From Podarcis erhardii (lineage: Eukaryota): 64,000 bases of DNA. Below are positions 34,762 through 46,700 of the stretch, piece after piece. Location of the stretch: the NCBI GenBank assembly GCA_964252035.1, contig OZ176204.1; one strand, 5' to 3'. The translations under genes and the position numbers were made by a program. A model generated the notes under the pieces. It saw only the letters and a list, made by a program, of their open reading frames with translations, did no database searches and was not told the DNA's origin. Positions within the stretch are counted from its first letter, which is position 1, and every line of letters begins with the position of its first letter.

Positions 34762-37700
34762 CTGCAAAGGGAGAAAAGTAGAAAGAGCGCTCTAAGCTTG
34801 AGGCTGGGTGGTTGGGCAGGGCATAAAGCAGAAAGGGGTTTCTGATAAGGATTTTTTTTAAAAAAACTAATGACGCTTGGAGAAATCTCTCTGGTCTATA
34901 TCAGTCTTATTGGCCTGTAGTGGAAGTGGGGATGAATACTTCCCTAGCCCCCACCCACTGTAAAAGCATTCCCTGCAGCTAAGATTCAGTTTATGCCCAG
35001 TTAGGATTTGGTGGGTTCTGTGCACAATGCCAGCCACACTTCCTCTTAGCAGCACCCCAGGGACTGCCTCTGTGCAGCTGGGGCCAAAGAAGACCAAAAG
35101 CATACCCTGCAGAGCATGAAATGTCTTCTGTCTCAGCCACCAACACCAAAGCAAGAGAGCTTCATATTTTGAATTGGCAGAGCTCCTTTCCCAAAATGGT
35201 CTTGTTCAGCACCCTTCTCCAGTACTGGACCTCCTTCCCGTTACTTAAATTGCATGGTCATTTCCTACATCTAGGGCGGCTTTCTTTTGAGTTCCACACC
35301 AAACATAGGAGGTAGGAAAAGATACTTACAGTTCCATGTTTTCCATGGCACCGTCCCTAGTAAAAGAAAGAGAATGTCAATGGCATATATGACAGCTTTC
35401 TCAAAGGCTTTCCAGGATGCATGCTAAGCTCCCTCAACCCTAATGTGGGCAAGGGAATTAAAAAGAAGAGTACTATAACCCCCAACTGCTTATACTGGAA
35501 CCAGATGGCAGGACAATGCAACCTTGCAGCAGTGCTGCCAATCCGGGGTGCCTGTTGAACGGCAGAAAAACCCATGTCCATCGACCAAGCTCAATGCACC
35601 TAAGCACTAGCTAGCATAGCTCCTTTATATAGTAAGGCTTCTTACATGTGTTCTCTGGGTCCACTTCTGGCATCGCACAGCCAAAGTGGGTGCAAAGAAG
35701 TTCAGCCATAAGGTTAGAATTATGCGCCCTCTGAAATGCTGCCTTAATAGCAATAATCTTCCCTGGTCATGTGAGCAATTGTTTCTTGACCTTGTCATGG
35801 CTCTAGTCTAGTTCATGCCCAGGGTCATGGGTATTTTTTGTTATTGCTTCACACTGCCCAGGCTTGTGCCCTGGATAGTTCACCTCAATGTCCCTATCAC
35901 AGCAGTTTGACTTCACCCACGGAGGCACACTCCATTGTCTCTCAAGACGGATGGATGCTAACAACGACAACAAACCCAGATAACACAGCATGGGTGTGGC
36001 TTCCACAGGACCATGTTTTGCCAGAAAGGTTGAAAGCTGTTTCTGAGTACAGTGGTACCTCGGGTTAAGAACTTAATTCATTCCGGAGGTCCGTTCTTAA
36101 CCTGAAACTGTTCTTAACCTGAAGCACCACTTTAGCTAATGGGGCCTCCCGCTGCCGCTGCGCCACCGCCATGCGATTTCTGTTCTCGCCCTGAAGCAAA
36201 GTTCTTAACCCGAGGTACTATTTCTGGGTTAGCAGAGTTTGTAACCTGAAGCGTATGTAACCCGAGGTACCACTGTATAAGCAAGTGGGAAGTCAAAACA
36301 TTCCCTTTTTCATTTACTAGGGAAGGCAGTTAGCACTTTCTCCTAGAGGCTTCCCCTGGAGAACCCACTTTTCCATCAGTATCTTAAAAGCAGACACTTT
36401 CACAAGAGGGATGGTTGGTTTACAAGAATACCACGGGAGCAGCCCTACACCTGGACTTGCACTTCTAGGTAATGGAACCAACTGAAAGGCAGAGGGCTTA
36501 AGGGGTGTCCAAGCCTATAACCAGTGAACAGTACTGGGAGTGGGAGGGGGGAGAAGTAAAGGATCTGATCCATGGTCATAGGCAGGGTGACAGGCAAAAG
36601 TATGACCCATCCTCACGTGTAGATGTCATCCATGTGCATTCTGCGGTAAAACTTGGCAAGCCGCACAGCCAAGATGATGCTTGGCAGCAGAAAGACGGTG
36701 CACCAGCCTAGACTGAACCAGAAGGCGTTCTAGGGGGAGAAGAGGGGAAGGCAGCTGTCAGTACTCCTGCTGTCTCTCTCCACTTAACTCCCACCCTGCT
36801 TGAGCTCATGCAAGGTAAGCCTCGCCTACAGCCTACCTGGGTCTTTTCCATCCATTTCCCCAACGTTTCCCTAGAGCTCCCTTCACATACAGTGGTGCCT
36901 CGCAAGACGAAATTAATTCGTTCCGCAAGTTTTTTCTTCTTGCGAGTTTTTCGTCTTGCGAAGCACGGTTTCCCATAGGAATGCATTGAAAATCAATTAA
37001 TGCGTTCCTATGGAGACCGCTTGCCAGGCTGGCGGTGCGGAGAAGGGCTTTTCTCCCCACCGCAAGCCTTCAGGACAGGTACGGGAACAGAGGGGAAGGC
37101 GCGCAGCGCTTCTCTTCTGTTCCCGGGGCTTGCGGTGGGAGGAGGGTTTTTCCTCCCCACCGCCAACATTCAGAACAGCCTTCCGAATGTTGGCGGTGGG
37201 AAGGAAAACCCTCCTCCCACCGCAAGTCTTCAGGACAGCCTTCCGAAGGCTGGCGGCAGGAGGAGGTCTCTCCGCCCCACCGCCAGCCTTCGGAGGAGGT
37301 ACGGGAACAGAGGGGAAGGCGCGCAGCGCTTCTCTTCTGTTCCCGGGGCTTGCGGTGGGAGGAGGGTTTTTCCTCCCCACTGCCAAAATTCAGAACAGCA
37401 TTCTGAATGTTGGCGGTGGGAAGGAAAACCCTCCTCCCACCGCAAGTCTTCAGGACAGCCATCCGAAGGCTGGCACGGGGAGAAGGTCTCTCCGCCCCAC
37501 CGCCAGCCTTCGGAGGAGGTCCGAGGACAGTGGGGAAGACGCGCTACGCTTCCCCGCTGTCCCGGAGATTTCCCTATGGGTTTTCGTCTTGCGAAGGAAG
37601 CCCATAGGGAAATTCGTTTTGTGAAGCGCCTCAAAAAACAGAAAACCCTTTCGTCTAGCGGGTTTTTCGTCTTGCGAGGCGTTCGTCTTGCGGGGCACCA

Positions 37701-40700
37701 CTGTACACACATACACTTTCCCCAGCCTTGTGCCCGTTCAAGAGCACAGGGATCTGTCCCACGTGCAGATGTTTCCCCAGCTTCTTTCCATGCCCCACCC
37801 CAGGCAAGATTCCCAGAGCCACAGCACAGCCTCTGCCTAAGGTAGTTACAATTTCTGTGGCCCCACCACCTACCAGTTACTCCTACATCCTGGGCTGCAG
37901 TCGCCATCTCTCAACCTACGGACTGCCACCCTGCTGTCCCTTATCCATGCTGGCTCATTCCCACACCCCAGCTCATCCCTCATGCTGACTGCCTCACCAA
38001 TGAATTGACAACGCAGCTGCAGACCACGGTATTCACACTATCCAGTGCCCAGGCTGCAGGGCCACAGCGGCCCACTTGCTCTTTGATCTACCAGCAAAGA
38101 AGACAAGGAAACATCATGACCAGCACAGGAAAAATCCCGAGCCCTGCACTCCTTTCCTGGCCAAACACCTTCATCGTGATGTCATCATAAATGTTGCCAG
38201 TCCAGCTAAGCACATGGTAGGAATTGTCCTGGCATTGCCTACCTTATAACTTCATGCTGTGCTTGCACCCTAGAAGTAAGATGGGCAACGGCAGTACACT
38301 TTCCATGAGATCAACTTGATTTTGCTTACATATGCCTCCAGGGCCACCTGTGCATGAGGCTGTAAGACTGGCATGTGAATGCAAGTGGCTGATCGGGAAA
38401 GTACAGTTAGCTACAGAATGCTTCAGCACGACTGCTGCCAGGAGTGAGGTTCTGTCAGCATATTGGAGTTGCCCTCAGATATCTGCACTGGCTGCTGATG
38501 GGCAGGATGACGGGATTCAGTGTTACATTGGCTGCTCACACTTGTAGGAAACAGGCAGGTGCAGCCAAGCCAGGAGAAATTAACCCTCGCTCATCGGCTG
38601 CCATAAGTTCAGCAGGATTCCTCCTTCCTGTTTCATGAGTGGGGTTGCATGGGCATCTTGCCAAAATGGAGGACCAGGTGTTGCTGTTTGAACCTCCAAA
38701 AACTGGACATTCAAAAAAGGAGTGTGTGGCTATTGAAAGCCCTTTGCAAAAGTGCTCCTGACAGTTTTCAGAAGTTCAGGCAGCAGGGCATGGGGACAAC
38801 TGAGGTTTCAAACTGCAGTATCACCTGATGTCAAAACTCCGTCCACCTGCCAAAAGTAACCTGTCAAAGATTTGGAAATAAAATTCTGGCCCGCCTGGCA
38901 GAAAAGGTTCCCTGCCCCATATCATTTTAGACGTCTATTGCAAACTTACCCAGACATATAATTTAGTTACTCATATTTGTTCTTAAAGTTTTACTGATTT
39001 AATCAGTGTTTTAATTACCGTATTTTTCCATGTATAAGACTAGGGTTTTTTCCTTAAAAAGAATGTAAAAAATTAGGGGGCGTCCTGGGGCCATCTCCCC
39101 CCAGTTTCTTAAATCTGAGTCCTCAAAAATAGGGGGCATCTTATGCATGGGGGCATCTTATAGATGGAAAAATGCAGTATGTTTTATATATACTTTTTTT
39201 TAATTGCTTTGCAGATTTCATCTGCATTTTAACTACCACTTTGTTATGCGCACCATCTCTGGAGAGTGCTTTGATTAAGCAGTTTATAAATCTTTTAAAC
39301 CAGTAAATAATAAATAAACTATGGCTAAAAGGTCCAGTAAATTCAGTAAATTCATGGTTGACTGGCTTGGGTATGCATACCCACAGGCAAGCATCCAGCC
39401 TGGATGCGAGTATAGCAGAAGTATACAAGCAAGGACAACCAGGCTCCCACCTTGTCATCATTCAGGATTAAACCCAATCTCCATCAACAGCAGTTGGCAT
39501 TACTTACGGTACTCTTTGCCCAGTCTATATATGATTCAAATAAACCCAGCAGAGTTTTCACGAAAGCTGAAGTCTCCTAGATGTAAGAAGGTAAGATGGG
39601 TGGGTGCAAGTTAGAGGATAGGACAACAGCTTCCAAACAAGGAAAGGGGTTCAGTTATGGGGCTCCAATCCCCTATCCAAGCTCCATTAATGGTTCAAAG
39701 AATAGGAAGGGAAAATGGGCTGTCGTATGGGGTGCAGGAAAAGGTAATACGGCTAATCAATGTACAGTCAGCAGGGGTGTCACATGTCCCTATCTTGGGA
39801 GCACTAGCTTTCGCTTGTCCTCCTCTCCACTGCATTTCCTGTATTCCCATTTCCCGGAGTTGTTCACTAGCATGTCTAATGTCATAGTTAGAGGCCTATA
39901 GGACTTCTGGGATTGAGCCTCCATGTTACATTATGTGGCAGTGCACAAATCCAGTCATAATGATGCCCTCTGTGTACCCCCACCAGGAAATAGGTTGAAT
40001 GATGAGAAGAAGACTCACGTTTTTGACAACGTCCTGTGCCTGCCACTTCATAAATATCTGAGCGTCTTCTATTTTTGACAACGTGGCGTTCGCTGTACCC
40101 TGGCAGGACACAGTACTGTCAGGTTCACTCCCTGGCAGAGCCAGTCTCATGGGCTGCCCTCACCACCACTTTCCATACAGATCTCAGGTGCTTAGCATTT
40201 CATACCCAGCACCATACAGACCCCAAACGCACACAAGCATAGTTCTGCCAGTGCCCCATTAACACCTCCTCTGTCCATCTTTGGGATTCCTACCAACTCT
40301 GTCAACCTCCCACAGTCTTCCAGGTTCTGAAACCCCACCCCTACAGAGTCAATGCCAAGGGAAATCTCTGTATCTTCCAATTGGCACCTGTTACCTTGAG
40401 TTCTCACATTGTTATGCAAGGAGGCCTGGCAAGATTGTCAGCAGGTTGTACTTCCCCACCCATCCAATATCTAATGGGGTGTCCTTCAGAAAGCCTGGCA
40501 TCGAAGCCCCACCTCCCAGATCACTCCTTCCTCAAACCCTGTCCTGCTTACCGGAATCTGAGGGAGAGACTTCTGTAGTTTTCGAATGCTGCTTCTTAGG
40601 ATGTGCTGAGGACAGAGAAAGCTCATCAGAGGGCACCATCCACTGAGCTGGATGGAATGAGTTGACAGAAGGTGGGACAGATATCAACCATCTTATGGCC

Positions 40701-43700
40701 TGGTAGGGCCAAGAATCAAAACCGTCCAGAGAGGCCTTGTACAAGACGGCACCTGGTCTGGGCCAAAAGGAGGTAAAGGTGTTTGGGGAGAGCAGCACTC
40801 ACCATCTGAGGAAGAAACATGTCATTGACCCAATCCTGGAGCTTCCTCAGCCTTCTGGCCTCCAGTTGAAAATCGCTCCGAGCTTTCTCATTAATTGCCT
40901 GAAAATACGTTCATAAGCACCACCATTGTGAAGAGATATTGATAGGTTTTCTGCTGCTTTCACACATACAAGTGGGCACATTTCCAGGAGACAATGTGGG
41001 ATGCAATTATTTCCCATCTGGAGGATCTGGGGTTAAATCAGGGCCAGCCTACCTATTGGTCAAGATGAGGTGACTACCTCAGGCAGCAGGATCCACAGGG
41101 ACAGCCGATTCAGCCCATGGCTGCTGCTGCAGTGGCACTGACGGCTGTGGCACACTGCTTGGGGGCTGGATCTGCCTCTCCTCAACAGTTCCCTGCCCCC
41201 CATGCCACCTCTACAGTGACCTCTTGGCAATTAGGAGATGCTGCTGGTCTCCTATCACCCTTAGAGAGGAAATGGTGGGGGCATGATTCAGAACAGGCCC
41301 CTTTCCCCCCGCCATGACAGCATTTCATTTCCACTTCAGCTGTTGGATAAGATTAATTCAATTCTCCCCCTTGTTCCCAATGTAGATCTTCATTCACCCC
41401 TACTTCTCTGGTGGGGAGGGTGCCATTTTGTGGTCCGCCTCAGGTGCCAAAATGTATTGGGCCAGCTCTGGGTTGAAGTGATCCCAAAAAGACACCTACA
41501 GGGCCCCTCCCCCTAGAAAGGGAGCTGGGGGAGAGAAGCACTGCAGAAGAATGGGGATTTCCCAATCAAAGCACCACTCACTGTGTTTTCTGCCAATTTA
41601 TCTAGATCTGCTGCCCATGAAGACAGGTCTTGTTTTGTCACAGTCTCGTTGATCTGCAAAGAAAGGGACAAAGAGCACACTGTGGGTCAGCTCCTCAAGG
41701 ATAGCAAGAGACATTGGAGGGAGTAAGGTCAGGGCCCAGGCAGATTAAGTTCGCACACTTCCTAGAATCCGCTTTCCAACTTGTTTTATTTCATTTTGAA
41801 CCCATTGATACGTAAGCTATTATTATTTCACATCACACCTCTGGGAAGAGAAAGCTCACCTCATCCCTCCACCTCCAATGATCTGTGAGACAACAATCAG
41901 AGGCTCTTTTCTGGGTGCCCTCACCTACAAAAGGACATGTGGGTGCCATCCAAAGAGCGTACCTTTTTAGTGACTGTGCTCTAATTATGGATCTCCTTCC
42001 CAAGGGTGATCTGCCTGGCATCTTCGTCGTTGCTTTTAGGCACCAGGCAAATCCTGTCCTGTTTACGTGTTAACTGCTGCTTTTATTTGTGTGGAATGGC
42101 ATGATTTCATTATACAGATGTCTTTGAGATTTTCTTAAACTCAGTAACCTGCACAGGTTTTGTTGGGGGACGGCTTTCCTTTTGGGCTGCACCCCTTTCC
42201 GGACAGTATCCTTTCTCCTGAACAGACTGAACAGCTGCCAGTAACCTATGCTGACATCATCAACCCAACGAGCCTTCCATTGTCAGTTAATCAGAATATC
42301 CCAGCTGACGGATTCCTTCCTGCAGCAATTCATACCCCAGCAAGCATGAAGGGCATGCATTTTTCTGTGGGGATGGAGCCTACACTACTATTACTGGCAA
42401 TGATATCATTTTCTAGGCAAGTCACTAGTCCTATTAGGCAATCTAAACTACTTTGAATGGCCTAACCTTTTTATTTAAAAAAAAACACGACTCTTTTTCA
42501 GATGTGACATATCTCACAAGTTACCAGACAATGTCAAACCCCATAAAGATCAAGAAAAGAAATCATCTTGTGATAAGCTGTTCCACCCTCTCATCTCACT
42601 TGTTTCAGAGCACTGGAAAAATTCAGGTTCAGCCCATCCTTTGAGCCCAGTTCCTGCAGGCGACGCTTCTGCTCATCCTTCAGGAGGTCAGTGGAGCCCA
42701 AACTGATATTTATTTTTTTTAAGGCTGCATCAATATTACCGGTGTACTGTAAGAGCAAAAGAAAAACAAGGCGAGTAGGTGCAGAGTACATAACAATCCA
42801 GTCTCCCAAGACACTTCTCTGGGGTTCTCCAGGTGGCTGAAGATATGCCCCAGATCGGGACTTTAAACTATCCCAGAGCATATCTGAGGACACTAATCTT
42901 GCTGGTCATTCAATTTCTCTTGTGGCTGTCTCAATTCACCTGCAGACACTAATCACTGACCTTGCTGGTGTTTAGGATCTCATCCAGAGGGATGACCTCA
43001 CCCAGGTGAAGGGTGCTCCACAAGGGGGCATTGTTTTCACAGTTCCTGCAAGAGTGAAAACCGAGCTAAGAGACCAGGATACACTGTGCTATGTCAAACA
43101 TAAACTGGGGAAACAGCATCACCATGCAAACAAGCTTTCCAATCATGTAGTTTAACTCTGGTGACATAAGCTCAGCATGGGGGCAAGAACTGTGGGGAAA
43201 TAGCAGGACTAAGAAGCACAGCCATCTGGCTGAAAGGTACCTCAGATAAAGAAAAGCATTATTCAGGCTGTTATTCTAGCAAACTCTTGGCAGAATGGAG
43301 AAGTAGTGGGTCAGGGAAAGACTTCTCTGCACCACATTTAAGATTATACAGTCAAATTGGATCCTTAACACCTTGGTACTTGGATGTTTTGGCTCCCGAA
43401 CGCTGCAAACTGGAAGCGAGTATTCCAGTTTGCAACCGTTCTTTGGAACCCAAATGTCCGACGGGGCTTCCAATTGGCTGCAGGAGCTTCCTGCAGCCAA
43501 TCAGAAGCCACACTTTGGTTTCCGAACATTTTGGAAGTCAAACGGACTTCCGAAAAGGATTCCGTTTGACTTCGAAGGTACAACTGTATTATGAAGCTTC
43601 CTGTCTATACTGGGCAAGGGACTTTGGACATAATATACAACTTACAGCATGGGAGACGCTATGGAACTGGGATTTGAAGTTTACTGCATGTTATACGTTG

Positions 43701-46700
43701 AAAGAAAATTATAGAAAACAATGTATCATTGGTATTTAACCGCTAGTAAACTAGCTTGTATAAAACAAAGTCAAATACATGCTGGAAATGTAAGGAAAAA
43801 GAGTTCTCTTTCTGTGTTGGTTGTTTGAGAATTGTTTGCAAATTTCAAAATCTGAAAAAACTAAAAAAAATTTAAAAAGACTTCTCTGCACCAGGGCCCC
43901 CTGGCATGGCTGTGCATGGTACCCTGACATTGCATGTTGGCAAGTGGGTGGAACTTACTTTTCCCTACTCCCATACACTGCATGCCTGACTCTATCAGGC
44001 CTGCAGTTCCCACCCTACTCTCAAGAGTCTCTCTCCCTTTGGGGGAAGCTGAGGACCAAAGTCACAGTAGGCAGGGAGCCATGGAGGAATCCAGCCAGGC
44101 AGCCACTCACTTGTAGAGGCTGGAGAGGTTCACATCAGAACTCTTCAAATGCAAGAGCCGTGTCAGGTTGAATTCAGGGAACAACCCTGGTGTGTCCAGA
44201 AACTAGAAGAAAATAGTCATTCATTAGATTCTTAGCCTCTCAACTCAAAACAACATCTTCAGTATTTCCCTCTCCCTGCGATTTCCTCCTCTGCAGATTG
44301 TGGGATTGCCTGGCTGTCTCATGCCTACTTCAGCAATTTCCATGCCAAAATGATAATGATTGACAAGGGGGAGAGATGGGATCCCAGGATTAGAATCTAA
44401 GGTTACAGTGTGTGGGTTCTGGTCTGGTGTTAAGGGTAACCATGACTCACTTCTCTCCGCACCCACATGATTTCCCCCCTTGTTCCACTGCAGATGGTAC
44501 TCAGCAGTATCAAAGAATGCTCATGGTAGCCCAAGGGACTTACCTGAAGGAGATGCCCATCGGCCCATGGCTGACACACCACTGTGTACATACTTCCCCC
44601 AACTAAAAATGTCAGTAGAACCAACAGCATCAGCAGCCATGAAAATATGAAGCTGAACCCAACGCTCCTGTCAGAGAAGGGAAAACATGATTGGAGGTCT
44701 CAGATTTTGCTGGATGGATGTGAAGAGCAGCCGTCAGAGCCTTTGCACATTTGCCCCAGGCAACCCTTCCATTCATTCTGACACACAATCCAGCAGATAA
44801 ACATAAGGAACAGCCAGAGGGCCATGGGAAAGTCCAGGACAAGGTCAGGGTGCCAAAATACTCAGGGGGCATGGCTCTGCACTGTGCCAATCTGCCAGTA
44901 ATGCTGCATTTCTGGATACTTAAGGATATTCCCACCCTAGCTTTCTCTAGTAGGAGCCTGTACACAAAACAGATTGTGTATGGGAAAACCCTCCATAGAA
45001 TAGCTCCCAGAGAGCTGGGGAATCAGGCAACCAGCAATACATGTAAAGATCTACAGCTGCCTCCTGAGTCCTGCCACCCTTGCTCTCACATTTGCTACGC
45101 CATAACACAGCTTGACAACATTTAGCAATCATCAGGAAGGGTAATAAGGTAACAGAACATGAGTTTTGCATGCAGAAGGTTCCAGGATGAATCCCTGGCA
45201 TCTCCAAGTAGGGCTTGGAAGGACTTCTAGCTGAAACTCTGGAAAGCCACTGCCAGTCAGCATTGATGGTGCTGTGCTAGATGAACCAAGGGCCTGACAT
45301 GGGATGCAGCAGCAGCTTCCTACATTCCTTTGACTTATTGGATGACTCTCTGTCATGAGATGGGAGAAGGTGCAAAGTCTCTTACGCCATGAAGAGGTCT
45401 CCACCAGTGTTTGCGAGGCAGCTCCGTTTGGTAGGCATCTCTCGCGGGTTTAGCCCAAGTGCCCCAAACAACAGGCCCAGCACGTTGAATACAATGATCA
45501 CGAGCACCAGAGAGCATAGGCAAAGGCCAGCAATCCACCTAAAGTAAGGAAAAGGAAAACAGTTAAGACTCCAACAGAAGGCAATGGCTAAGGGAAGGAA
45601 GGAGCCAAAACCTGGTAATGGGTTTGATCTCTGCTAAAAACCAGCGTCAGCAAGACTGTACTCTGCTGGCATGTGCATCAAAGCCCTGGCAACAAGAAGA
45701 AGCAAATTAGAAAACATGAGATCCCATCCAAGCCTAGGTTATGAACAATGGTATAGCACTGAAGAAAAACAAGTGCTATCTAGGCCAATTAACCAAATCG
45801 GAAGACAAGGATTTTAATTTTCATACTACTGCAGATTAGATGTGGTGCCCTGTCCAAAAATGCTGTGGGAAACCATCAGTGTGACATGAAACTGCACATC
45901 AGAGGCTTCCAAAATAGTGGCCAGAAAGCTTTTAGCCCTTCGTTTAGGCTACCATTCTCATCCCATTTCCTACAGCTGCCATTTTGATAACATATGACCA
46001 CTCATAGGAGGGACAGGGGACTAACATTTCACCCAACACAGGACCTACCATGGCTTAAGCTAACCTAAGGGATTTACCCAGCTTACAATACTCTAAGAAC
46101 ACTTTAATTCATACCTGTAGCTATCATAGGTGACAATATCTGGCTCATAGGTACTCGCCCAACTGACAACATCTGTCATGGACTGAGAGATATTCCCCAT
46201 TCTGCTCAGTGTGGAAAAGTTGCTACGGGTATCTTCAATCGCTTGCTCGACATCATGGAGGCGAGACTCTCCTTCTGCAAGGACCAAAATATACACAGAT
46301 AAACAAATATACTTTGTTCACTATGGCAGAGAGCATCTTACCACAGGGCAGCCACCTGCTATGTGTTCCGGATATGTAGTATTTTATGCCCAATTGCTTA
46401 TTAGCTCTCCGAGGAAGAACCATTCACACACCTCAGCAAATCTCATGCCTCCTTCATTTCTGGCTGCCCATCCTTCATTCAGTTCAAGTTAGGGGGGAGG
46501 GGGAACACAAAGCAGGAAGGACAAGGAAAGCTGTGGATTGGGAGAAGGGAAACATCCAGCCCCACTAAGCCCAATGCCATCTTACCCATAGGCGCTAGGG
46601 GTGCGGGGCACCTGGGTGCCGGGCTCTCAGGAGCGCCAGGCTGAGAGTCCGGGACCCAAGAGTTGAGTCCGGGAAAGAGCCCACAGGGTGACCGAGCCAG

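Noticed and set aside
37000-37907. Overlapping 120-281 aa ORFs on both strands
   Set aside because: Products of the GC-rich repeated MITE interior
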